A stretch of DNA of 64,000 bases. Source: Blautia sp. (lineage in GTDB: Bacteria; Bacillota; Clostridia; Lachnospirales; Lachnospiraceae). Shown here piece after piece: positions 38,874 to 48,040 of this stretch (its first letter is position 1; each line of letters begins with the position of its first letter). The stretch covers positions 4,386 through 68,385 of the forward strand of contig JAETNR010000017.1 in the NCBI GenBank assembly GCA_021772055.1. Reading direction: 5' to 3'. A program made the position numbers and the translations under genes. The notes under the pieces are model-generated. The model did not search any database and had not been told where the DNA came from. It saw only the letters and a list, made by a program, of their open reading frames with translations.

Positions 38874-40088
38874 TTATAACCCTTCGTCCTTCTCATAAAG
38901 AATTTCCAGAGTGTTTTCCACCCAGTTCATCACTTCCAACAATTCTTCACGACTTTCTCCGTAAGCAATATAAAATCCGATTCTTGACCTGTCATCCTGT
39001 GCATGATGGAGACAGTCTCCGGGCTGAAATTCCAGATGCAGTTCCACTACCCCGGGATGATTTCGAATTCTTTCTGCTCCCCGGATTTCGGAAACTCTCC
39101 TATCTTCTTCCGCATCCAGAAATTTCAAAACAGCACACCGCTCATAGGGCGACGGTGCATGAAATTCTTCTGTATGGGGATGTCCAAGTACATCTTCGAT
39201 TAAAATTTGGTAATTATCAATTCCTGTAAGCAGCGGAACGATGTGAGAGGAAATTCGGGTTCCCCCTCCCCTTGCTGCAATCTCAACCAAATAAAATTCT
39301 CCATTTTCGTATTTATACTCCGCATGTGTCAGGCCAAATGGAAGACCTGAAGCTTCTACAAGCCGGTCGTTTTCTTTTTTCAGCTTCTCATAATCAAAGC
39401 GACTGTTTTTGTAGGAAAAGAACAATTCGGATGCAATGCTGGAATTATAGGAATAATGTTTCTTCTCTGATACTGCCAGAGAATAGTGCTTATTTCCTGC
39501 CACAATTCCATCTACCGTAAATTCTGTTCCTTCTATATAGCGTTCTATAATGACAGAACTCTTATCTTGGGAGCAGGATGCGGATTCTGCAAAATATCTG
39601 CAAGCGTCCTCCATGTTCTTAAGGATGTACACGCCCCTGCTGGATTGGGAATCCAAAGGCTTCATGATGGCCTTTTTTCCCAGCGTTTTTACAAAAGCGG
39701 CAGCTTCCTCCCCGTTTTTGCACAAGGCAAACTCCGGTACCTTGAATCCTTTTTCTCTGCAAAAGCAGCGCATAAGATATTTATTGGTAAATAAAGCCGC
39801 CAGCTTCTGACCGATAGTGGGAAGCCCCACCTTCTCAGCGGTATACGCTACCGTCGGAACTGCGATATCGCTTTCATCAGTCATTACACCATTTACCTGG
39901 TATTTTTCTGCTATTTCCAGATTTCTTTCTTTGTCCAAAACATTCGCTACTTCACAAAAATCAGCAAATGCAAATGCAGGTGAATTTTCATAAAGGTTAC
40001 TGTTTACCACCTCATAACCCAGCTCTTTCACTTTCTTTGTCAGAGGAGTCTGCCACTCACCGCCTGCAATCACCAAAATCCGCTCCAT
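38874..40088 (-). CDS. ATP-grasp domain protein
   Basis: NKYLMR, KPLDSQSSRGV, IERYIEG, HAEY, EIAARGGG. Confidence 0.85.
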   Translation of the reverse strand: MERILVIAGGEWQTPLTKKVKELGYEVVNSNLYENSPAFAFADFCEVANVLDKERNLEIAEKYQVNGVMTDESDIAVPTVAYTAEKVGLPTIGQKLAALFTNKYLMRCFCREKGFKVPEFALCKNGEEAAAFVKTLGKKAIMKPLDSQSSRGVYILKNMEDACRYFAESASCSQDKSSVIIERYIEGTEFTVDGIVAGNKHYSLAVSEKKHYSYNSSIASELFFSYKNSRFDYEKLKKENDRLVEASGLPFGLTHAEYKYENGEFYLVEIAARGGGTRISSHIVPLLTGIDNYQILIEDVLGHPHTEEFHAPSPYERCAVLKFLDAEEDRRVSEIRGAERIRNHPGVVELHLEFQPGDCLHHAQDDRSRIGFYIAYGESREELLEVMNWVENTLEILYEKDEGL

Positions 40089-40110
40089 CTTTTGTCCCTC
40101 CAATAAGCAA

Positions 40111-40149
40111 CAAGAGGATGGCACTTATGACTAAATGCCATCCAACTTG
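40111..40149. terminator. Hairpin between the surface-protein gene and the polysaccharide genes
   Basis: ggatggca / tgccatcc stem with flanking caag/cttg pairing. Confidence 0.5.
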
Positions 40150-40180
40150 TCTGCTCATTATTTAATCTGTTAATATTCGA

Positions 40181-42952
40181 TTATTTAGCAATTGCCCAAG
40201 CAAATGGGGAAGTTTTGCCTGCTGCTAAAACTTTTCCGTCTGCATTCTTATAGGTTGCATATACCCAGTAGTAGGTAACTTCACCAGCTGCTGCATTTGT
40301 ATCAACAAATGTTGTGGTATCTGTAGCAACGCTTGCATTGAATGCTGCATCAGCAGAACCTGTCTTGGACATTACAACGTAGCTGTTGGCTCCGCTTACT
40401 GCTGCCCAGTTCAGTTCGATGCCGTCTTCTGTTGCTGTTGCAGAAACTTTGCCTGTTGGAGCAACAACTCTGCCAAGTGCATATTTGTAACCGCCAAGTT
40501 CACCTTTTACGATCTTGCCAGCTGCGTTTCTGTTGAAAGGCTGTACCCAGTAGAAATTGAATGCATCAGAATCTGCTGCTGTATCTGTCCAGTTGGTTCT
40601 GGTTGTATAAGCGATCTGGGAACCTGTTCTGTTCTCGCCAAATCCAATTACGAAATATCCTTCAGCGCCTTCTACTGCATCCCAGCTAAGAGCAACTCTG
40701 TTCATACCTGTTGCGGTAGCCTTAAGGCCTGTAACTGCCGGAAGAACTACTTCGCCTGTTGCATTTACGATTACGTGCTTGCGGGAGATTTCCGTTCCGC
40801 AAACGGTACAGTAAACAACTTCATCATAGGAGCCGTTTTCTGTTGCTGTTGCTTCTACAACGTTTTCTTTTACTGCCGGAGCCGGATCATGCGCTGTTCT
40901 GCCTGTGTATGCTGTTTCAGAAGAATAATATTCAAGAGTCTTTGTAACAACGACTTTTTCGCCTGCAACATCTTTAGCTGCCTTAGTATAGGTAGCGGTC
41001 ACAGTGATGTATCCTGGCTGGCAGCCTTTGCCTTCTTTTTTCACTTCATCAACAGTAACTTTCAGATTGTTCATGCTGATAGCTGAAGTATCTTTATATT
41101 CTCCGCATGTTTCACACAATACATAAGCTTCTGCTTTTACATCGCTATAGTATAAGCCATTAAACAGATTAAGAACATTTGTTTCTTTTCCGGCATATTG
41201 TGCAATATTACGAAGATCATCAATCACAAGATCTCCATCCAATGCAACCTGTGCATTCTTGTCATTTTCTGCTTTTTTATGAGCCAATTTATCAACTGAA
41301 ACTTTTGTTGTGCTCAAAACCTTACCGCAATAATCACAGTAAACGACTCTGTCATAGCTTCCCTTTGCAGTACATGTAGGAGCTACATAATTCTCCATTT
41401 TTGTTGTCTGAGCTTTATGTTCCTTTGCTGGAACCTTCACTGTAACTTCTTCGCCAATCTCATTACATTTCATGCAAATGAACTGAACTGTTACTGTGCC
41501 AGCCTTATCACAGGTAGAAGTATCATTTGTAAGCTGAATTTTTTTCTTAGCCTTAATATAAGCAGTAAGGTCTTCATATCTCAGTGTTCCTGCCTTAGAA
41601 GCAGCAACGATTTCTGCCTTAAGTGCAGAGTCAATAGCATGAACACCTTTTGCTTCTGCAGTTTTTTCCACACTTGAAATCACCTTCTTGCAAGCTGCGC
41701 ATACCGTTGTTTCAGTGTAGGTGATTGTTCCGGAACAAGAATTATTAGTAACAACAATATTGTTATCCTTGTCAACAGTTATGGTACAGCAAGCTTTGTC
41801 TGCAGCACTAGCAAATTTCACATATTTTTCTGCAGTATCAGCTGTAGGTACTTCTGCAACATGATGCGGATTTTCAGCAGATGCTTCAATCGTATAAGTT
41901 ACATCAACATTTTTTCCTGTTTCGGTTGCATATGTAACCGTATAGGACGCCGATTTTCCACAATCTTCAAAAAGAATTTTAGCTGTTTCTTTTTCGCCAA
42001 GCGGAAAATCCGTAACCTTATATGTGCCATTAATCAAGGCAGCCTGGCTGACTTTCGCAATATTCTTCATGCTATCTGCTTTAATTGTAGCTTTCGTATA
42101 TACTGCTTCTGTTGCATCAACAGTATGTTTCTTTACTGTTGTTGCATCTTCAGTTCCATCAACGCTACAGCAGATTACTTCATAGTAGTAACCATCCTTT
42201 GTTTTGTCTACAAGCACAGCCTGACCATTTTCAAAAACCACATTGCCCTTAGAATCCAATTTCACATTTGCTACAGTCGGGTCAGTAGTTTTATTTCCGT
42301 TTGCATCACATCCATAATATCTTGGAGTTTTCTCCCAATTATGAGATATGGTTGTTGTTCCAACTTCTCTTTCCTCTTCCTTATTACATTTGCTGCACTT
42401 AAATTTCTGATAAAGTGTAACTTCTGCGCCACAAACCGGTGCGCCCTTATAATACGGTTCACCAACTGCTACCATGTCGTGTTTAGCTGGTGTGACCAGT
42501 TCCCAGTAACCGTTTACCCAGCTTCCTTTTTCTGCCTGTGCAGTATATGTATTCCCATCAATCACAGCTGTCAAAGTAACCTTAGGTACATCAACGCAAT
42601 CTGCTGTTGCATCTGTAATTGTCACGTCATAATACTTTGGTTCTACGCTATCAATCCTTTTGCCAGCTTCATCTACTGCGTAAACTTCTACTTTGTTGTT
42701 CTTTGCTTCATTTAACCCATACAGCCAGTTTCTTTTATAACCAGCAATTTCTACTGCTGCCTGCAAAGAGATATCCTCTGTGTCTGCTTCAACTGGTTCC
42801 TCTGCATATGTAGGTTCTTCGGTAAAAACAGATGCGTCTTCAGCAACATACTCCGCAGCAGATCCGTCACTAAACATATCCGCAGCAAAAGTGACTGAAG
42901 GTATTGAACTCGAAGCCGTCAGGACAGACATTGTTAAGGCTATGAGTTTCAC
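40181..42952 (-). CDS. Large secreted/surface protein with CxxC-containing repeats and C-terminal fibronectin III-like domains
   Basis: Signal-peptide-like N-terminus (TFAA), repeated PTC/ATC...YC-x-x-C motifs, LSWDAVEGAEGY and LNWAAVSGANSY. Confidence 0.75.
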   Translation of the reverse strand: MKLIALTMSVLTASSSIPSVTFAADMFSDGSAAEYVAEDASVFTEEPTYAEEPVEADTEDISLQAAVEIAGYKRNWLYGLNEAKNNKVEVYAVDEAGKRIDSVEPKYYDVTITDATADCVDVPKVTLTAVIDGNTYTAQAEKGSWVNGYWELVTPAKHDMVAVGEPYYKGAPVCGAEVTLYQKFKCSKCNKEEEREVGTTTISHNWEKTPRYYGCDANGNKTTDPTVANVKLDSKGNVVFENGQAVLVDKTKDGYYYEVICCSVDGTEDATTVKKHTVDATEAVYTKATIKADSMKNIAKVSQAALINGTYKVTDFPLGEKETAKILFEDCGKSASYTVTYATETGKNVDVTYTIEASAENPHHVAEVPTADTAEKYVKFASAADKACCTITVDKDNNIVVTNNSCSGTITYTETTVCAACKKVISSVEKTAEAKGVHAIDSALKAEIVAASKAGTLRYEDLTAYIKAKKKIQLTNDTSTCDKAGTVTVQFICMKCNEIGEEVTVKVPAKEHKAQTTKMENYVAPTCTAKGSYDRVVYCDYCGKVLSTTKVSVDKLAHKKAENDKNAQVALDGDLVIDDLRNIAQYAGKETNVLNLFNGLYYSDVKAEAYVLCETCGEYKDTSAISMNNLKVTVDEVKKEGKGCQPGYITVTATYTKAAKDVAGEKVVVTKTLEYYSSETAYTGRTAHDPAPAVKENVVEATATENGSYDEVVYCTVCGTEISRKHVIVNATGEVVLPAVTGLKATATGMNRVALSWDAVEGAEGYFVIGFGENRTGSQIAYTTRTNWTDTAADSDAFNFYWVQPFNRNAAGKIVKGELGGYKYALGRVVAPTGKVSATATEDGIELNWAAVSGANSYVVMSKTGSADAAFNASVATDTTTFVDTNAAAGEVTYYWVYATYKNADGKVLAAGKTSPFAWAIAK

Positions 42953-42986
42953 TTTTTTGTTTTCTGTAACTCATTTCGCTTTTTAT

Positions 42987-43994
42987 TTAATTGATCATAC
43001 ACTGTTCCGCTATTCCGATGAGCTTGTTGATCCCGTCAAATTTGTCGCCTCCCCGGGAGGCCATCTCCCAGCCTTTGCTTAATATTTCCCGAAAATCCTC
43101 ACATTTCAGGGACATTACAGGGCTTCGGCTGATTTCCACATCCAGCCCGTTGAACCTGTGCAGCATATATTCTGCATAATCCTCATTATATTGGTCGATT
43201 TTCCGGTCAATCTCATTGATGTAGATCTTGGTGGTTTCCGCATCCGCGTGGCCGAGGATGGATTGCACGATCACCAGATTATCCGCATCTCCGGGATGCA
43301 GCTTATAGATGGTATTCGCATAAAACTTTCGAAAACTGTGGGTGCTGATCCTGTATTTGATTCCCACCTCGTTTACAGCCAGTTTCAGCGCTTTTCGAAA
43401 TGCCGCATCCGTGGTGGAAAATATCCGCAGCGTGTAACAGTTTACGGGATTGATCTTCATAAGGCTTAAATACTCCGTAATATACAGCCTGGCCAGAGAA
43501 TTCAGCCGGACACCCAGGACTTTTCCTGTTTTCTCTTCTTTCAGCGTTGTAAGCCGTTCCCGAAATTCCCCGTTGGGCAGAAACAAATCGCACCATTTCA
43601 GAGATACGGTATCGCCTACCCGCCTTCCAAGGGAAGTCATCAGCCATCCGGTAAGCCAGTGATGATACATTTCATTTTCCTTAAAATAATTCAGCACCCT
43701 CTCCAGATCCTCATAACATCGGAATGGTTCTACCCTGGTTGGTGTATTCCGCACTTTCGTAATGCCTTTTAGGTTAGTGATCAGGATATTGTTTTCCTCA
43801 TCCTGTTCTCCTTCTATCCAGATCTGGGATTTAAAATTGGTAAACTTAATGACATTTTCAGGAGATTCTGTCTCTTCTTCCGATTCCACCGGCACAAAAT
43901 CGTGCTTATGCATATAATTCTCCAATTCGGTCAAAGACAATACCTCTCCGACGATTTCTGATTTCATTTTCATAATCTTTTTTGCCATGTTCAT
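42987..43994 (-). CDS. Tyrosine recombinase/invertase
   Basis: Complete catalytic set: GRRVGD (R), EEKTGK (K), HSFRK (HxxR), LGH, TTKIY (Y). GGAAAGGAG RBS. Confidence 0.9.
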   Translation of the reverse strand: MNMAKKIMKMKSEIVGEVLSLTELENYMHKHDFVPVESEEETESPENVIKFTNFKSQIWIEGEQDEENNILITNLKGITKVRNTPTRVEPFRCYEDLERVLNYFKENEMYHHWLTGWLMTSLGRRVGDTVSLKWCDLFLPNGEFRERLTTLKEEKTGKVLGVRLNSLARLYITEYLSLMKINPVNCYTLRIFSTTDAAFRKALKLAVNEVGIKYRISTHSFRKFYANTIYKLHPGDADNLVIVQSILGHADAETTKIYINEIDRKIDQYNEDYAEYMLHRFNGLDVEISRSPVMSLKCEDFREILSKGWEMASRGGDKFDGINKLIGIAEQCMIN

Positions 43995-44186
43995 ACAGCT
44001 CCTTTCCAAATAGAACATTACATAGTGCTTTTCTATTGCTAAAAACAAAGCATCTCCTGATTGGCGCACAGCATTAGAATTGCCTGGAAACAGCAAACCA
44101 ATTCACCAAAAAGGAGATGTTATTTTATGATACTATTATAGGATTTTCGCCTGCAGAAGTTTGGAATAAGTTTCCAAAAAAAAATC

Positions 44187-44215
44187 TTGACTTTGGGTAG
44201 ATATGGTGCTAGTAT
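44187..44215 (+). promoter_or_regulatory. SigmaA-type promoter divergent from the recombinase
   Basis: TTGACT-N17-TAGTAT with TGn. Confidence 0.55.
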
Positions 44216-44278
44216 GAAGTTGATGCAGAAAGACTGCAACTTGGAAAACAAGAATCATAAAGAAAAGGAGACTAAGTT

Positions 44279-44338
44279 ATGAAAAACAAAGAATTGAAAC
44301 TCATAACTTTCATCCTTTGTTACGCTTGTATTCATTGA
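44279..44338 (+). CDS. Small ORF MKNKELKLITFILCYACIH (19 aa), possibly an interrupted hydrophobic peptide
   Basis: Strong AAAGGAG RBS, upstream promoter and downstream terminator. Confidence 0.4.
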   Translation: MKNKELKLITFILCYACIH

Positions 44339-44404
44339 GTGAGATGGAATACAGGCTTTTTATATTTATGGTGCTTTTCTATTCTTTTCGGTTACTGCTT
44401 TGGC

Positions 44405-44444
44405 AAAAAGTACCCTCGTGACATAGCCTGAGGGTACTTTTTTT
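44405..44444. terminator. Bidirectional intrinsic terminator
   Basis: aaaaagtaccctc ... gagggtactttttt. Confidence 0.85.
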
Positions 44445-44464
44445 ATATATGCCCATATATTCGA

Positions 44465-45046
44465 TTACTGGCGGATGTAGATTCCCTGCTCCTCAATCCA
44501 GTCCTCCAGATCCTTTAATCCATCCTGCGCCCAGGTGTCTGACATTTGGAACTCCTCCGGAAAAAACATTTCCTGTACCAGGTGTCTGCCTGTCTCTGTC
44601 CGGAATATTTTCTTCACGCTGTCCCGGATATGTTCTCCAGACATTTCCCCTTCAAAATAATTCACCAGAAAATCCGCTTCTACCAGGATCTGATAGTCCA
44701 ATCCATCTATATTGGTATATGTATGGTGATGCCCCACCAGATAAGAGACCCTCTCAATCACATCTTTTTCAAAACCAAGCTCCTGCATCATAGCTTCTGC
44801 CTTTGCAGGTCCTTCCTGCTCCTGGAGTTTCCCGTTACTTTTCCCATATTTCTCCATAGCAGGCCGGATCCCGATATCATGTACCAGTGCCGCAGCCTCC
44901 AGAATATACTGTATTCTCTCCTCCACATGCTCTTCCTGACCGATCAGCCTGGCAAAGCTGTGCACCTTTACAAAATGCTGAATCTGCTGCGGCTCCCCCC
45001 TGTAAAAGGAAACCATTCTCTTATAAAGTTCATTCATACGGCTCAT
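44465..45046 (-). CDS. HD domain protein
   Basis: QHFVKVH, LVHDIG, GHHH, EADFLVN. Confidence 0.85.
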   Translation of the reverse strand: MSRMNELYKRMVSFYRGEPQQIQHFVKVHSFARLIGQEEHVEERIQYILEAAALVHDIGIRPAMEKYGKSNGKLQEQEGPAKAEAMMQELGFEKDVIERVSYLVGHHHTYTNIDGLDYQILVEADFLVNYFEGEMSGEHIRDSVKKIFRTETGRHLVQEMFFPEEFQMSDTWAQDGLKDLEDWIEEQGIYIRQ

Positions 45047-45227
45047 ACTTTCAATCCCTCCTGTCCTTTCTCAGTACAATATACGCCCATTTCAGAAATC
45101 CGGCAAGTAAAAAAATCTATTGAGAACATATCATTTCCATAGTATAATGAACTTGCATGATATCGGATATTTATGACACACCATAGGATTATGTCTTCCA
45201 TGGATTTCCTGCTGTAAGGAGGACCAT

Positions 45228-45673
45228 ATGGAACAAAAGGCATTGAACACAAATACTAAAGATAAAGCTCCGATATCGGCAGGTCAGGTGCGAAATGCAA
45301 ACAGCCGAACGATTTTCAGCAACGCATTACTGACCAGCCAGTTCCTTAAAAACTACACAAATCTCTCAATCTTTTCCGATGTAAAGCCTGGAGATATCGA
45401 AGACGTCACAGATCGCTATCGGGCTTTTCTGGGAGTTGAATTTGAGACAGACACAGTCAAAAAGGTACGGGTGAATATCGACGGAAGTCCCCAGGATGTA
45501 TTCGTCATTCCGCTGATTGAGCATAAAAGCTGAATGGTTATGTCCCGGATTTTAAGTACTGCCTTGTAAATTGCCGTGATTACACACAAGAGGAAATGCT
45601 GAAATCCCTTCAGTCTCATTACAGTCTGGAGGAAGCAGAAGCACTGAACAAAATTAACCAACATTGGAATTAG
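45228..45673 (+). pseudogene. Rpn-family (PD-(D/E)XK putative transposase) remnant
   Basis: FxNxxLTSQFLKNY...DTVKKV...LIEHKS, then a stop. Downstream fragments YVPDFKYCLV...YTQEEML continue in another frame. Confidence 0.65.
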
Positions 45674-45754
45674 CAATTACATAAGCAGGAAATCAGAAGC
45701 ATGCACAGCACAAAACCGCAGGCCCCCAAAAAGGTTCTGCGGTTTTTCCTGTTC

Positions 45755-47995
45755 TTATTCCTCTGCAACCTTTAAAATGCACGTCCCGTAAGTCTCATCC
45801 TCAAACACTTTCTCTCCAAGACTCTCCAGCAGAACCAGATTCAGCCGCTCTGCGTACTTTTCTTTCTCCCGGGCCCCCACAAAAATGTACGATACGTCAT
45901 ACTGATTCAGAAGCCTCCTCACTTCTTCTCCGTCCGTGGAAGTGTAGATCGTCTCAATATCCATGCTTTTCTGATTCAGATCCCCCACATCATTTCTCCA
46001 GAGCCACTGATGCACATACCATCCCAGTACGGTAGGCAGTCCGGTCATGGCAGAAACCCGGTTAAAAGATGTATAGCTGTCCCCGTTCGCCTCCAGGACG
46101 ACCGGAGAATCCTCCACATTTTTCTTCAGCCAGCGAATCGCAGCCGCATCCTCCGGAAAATCAATCTCAATAAATTCCGCAGCATTCAGTCCCTCATATT
46201 CAGAAGGATACCAGACCTCACCAAACCAGGAGCGCACGCTTTTTCCAAAATACCCGCAGGTACCCACCAACAATACCAGGCCCGCCAAAGCCAAAGCCTT
46301 CACAATTTTCTGCCTGGAAAGGAGCAGCATACGGTAGATTCCATACCCCATAGTCATTCCGAACAGCATATACGCCTGATAAGTCAGTTTAAACATGGTG
46401 TTCGCCCTGGCATTGCCCTCTTCATAAATGTCCCGCACATACACGATTTCCGGTATGAGGATCAGCCCAAGGGCACAAAGCCCCATGATCACTGCAAATA
46501 AATCCGATCCGCATACCGAACGCATCCAGGTATACAAATTCTTCCTTCTTTTTTTCCGAAGCTTTTCCCAAAGCACACAATACAGAAGCAGAATTACTAG
46601 CACTGCCGGAAGTCCCCAGAGTACCAGGAGCTGATGGGGAAGAGAATGATATTTTGCCAGAGCAACTCCCTGCACCATGGTATGGAACTTCAAAGTAAAA
46701 GGCAGGATCGCCAGATAGGAGATCACCAGCACCTCCGCCGCCTGCGCCCCGGTCACAATAAGGATTTTCTTCACTTTCCCTTCAAAGCGCACAATATTCA
46801 TAAACAGAACCACACCGCCGGTAACCACAAAATAAATCACATAATCCCAGAAATTTGTCCACTGGAACATCCCCAGCAGCAAACTTGCCAGCAGAATATG
46901 AGGCATCAGAAGCTGTTCCTTTATCACTGCCCCAAGTTCTCTTTTCTCAGCAGATTTCTGCCTGCGCACCGTCTGCATCCATGCGTACAAAAGCCCAACA
47001 AGGAAAAGCACGAACATAATATTCACCACATGGGCATGCAGATCTCCCAGCACAAAGGAATAACAGGGAAACTCATGAATGGTTTTGTCCGGCACATCCG
47101 GATTAAATCCAATATATCTGGTTGCATCTGGAAACCAGTAGCTGCTGATTTCTTCTGCCCCCATCAGCTTCTCCGCAGCAGGAATCACCACCCCGTAAAC
47201 AATGTAGTGCATATTCCCTGCAATGGAAACCGCAGCCCCTGCCGTCAAACCGGAAACCGCAGGAACCCACTTTTCCTTTTTATACAAGCCATTCCCCAGC
47301 CTGTCCTTTGCCATCTGGTAAACCAGAGAAAATGGCAGCGTAAATGCAAAAGCTGCGATAAACGTCCTCATCAGATTATACGTCATCTCCGGTTTGCTTG
47401 CGGAAAGCTTCGTCAGAAACACAGCAAAATACTGTCCTCCATAATAATAATTAATGTACCCCTGGGAATACCACATATCCACAGCCGGAAGCTCCTTGCT
47501 TCGCATCATCGCTTCCATAAATCCATAGTCCATGAACTTCTCTGTTCCATAGGCAGCCGGATGAAAACCAGCCAGATAGGTCCACAGCAAAAATACAGTA
47601 AAAAACAGGATTTCCTCCCAGTAAACCAGTTCTCCCCTTTTCACAGGAAAACATTCTATCCCCTTCTTCGTCTGCGAACGGAACTTAAGGAAGCAAAGCA
47701 CCCCACAAACCAGAGAAACGCTTACGCAGGTCAGGGTACTGAATTTCAGCAGCTGACAAGCCACCAGCCACCAGGTGAGAAATCCTGTCACCGTAATGGC
47801 AAGCACTTTGGAAAACATCCATCCCCGGTCTTCAAAGTGTGCAAAAAGCCTTCCTGTCACAGGCATTCCCGCAATCCCCATCACTCCGGCCAGCAAATAC
47901 CATGTCCAGAATATCCACACATCTCCTTTTAATAAAAATGCAGAAAGCCCAAGTAAAGCCAGCGCCAGTGCAATTTTTCCCTTATGCTTTCTCAT
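45755..47995 (-). CDS. DUF2298 (YYY-type) membrane protein
   Basis: TEKFMD, INYYYGG, IHEFPxYSFVLGDLHAH, NTMFKLTYQ, TGLPTVLGW. Confidence 0.8.
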   Translation of the reverse strand: MRKHKGKIALALALLGLSAFLLKGDVWIFWTWYLLAGVMGIAGMPVTGRLFAHFEDRGWMFSKVLAITVTGFLTWWLVACQLLKFSTLTCVSVSLVCGVLCFLKFRSQTKKGIECFPVKRGELVYWEEILFFTVFLLWTYLAGFHPAAYGTEKFMDYGFMEAMMRSKELPAVDMWYSQGYINYYYGGQYFAVFLTKLSASKPEMTYNLMRTFIAAFAFTLPFSLVYQMAKDRLGNGLYKKEKWVPAVSGLTAGAAVSIAGNMHYIVYGVVIPAAEKLMGAEEISSYWFPDATRYIGFNPDVPDKTIHEFPCYSFVLGDLHAHVVNIMFVLFLVGLLYAWMQTVRRQKSAEKRELGAVIKEQLLMPHILLASLLLGMFQWTNFWDYVIYFVVTGGVVLFMNIVRFEGKVKKILIVTGAQAAEVLVISYLAILPFTLKFHTMVQGVALAKYHSLPHQLLVLWGLPAVLVILLLYCVLWEKLRKKRRKNLYTWMRSVCGSDLFAVIMGLCALGLILIPEIVYVRDIYEEGNARANTMFKLTYQAYMLFGMTMGYGIYRMLLLSRQKIVKALALAGLVLLVGTCGYFGKSVRSWFGEVWYPSEYEGLNAAEFIEIDFPEDAAAIRWLKKNVEDSPVVLEANGDSYTSFNRVSAMTGLPTVLGWYVHQWLWRNDVGDLNQKSMDIETIYTSTDGEEVRRLLNQYDVSYIFVGAREKEKYAERLNLVLLESLGEKVFEDETYGTCILKVAEE

Positions 47996-48040
47996 CTGTC
48001 CCTCCTCATATCCCATCTGACATTCTTTTTACTTTCCCGT

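Noticed and set aside
42987-45673. Prophage or ICE boundary suggested by the recombinase and the Rpn remnant
   Set aside because: No phage, conjugation, excisionase or tRNA/att features nearby.
46634-47932. Long antisense ORFs (e.g. 432 aa here, 367 aa opposite dnaB, 284 aa opposite the surface protein)
   Set aside because: Shadow frames of well-supported minus-strand genes, with no motifs.
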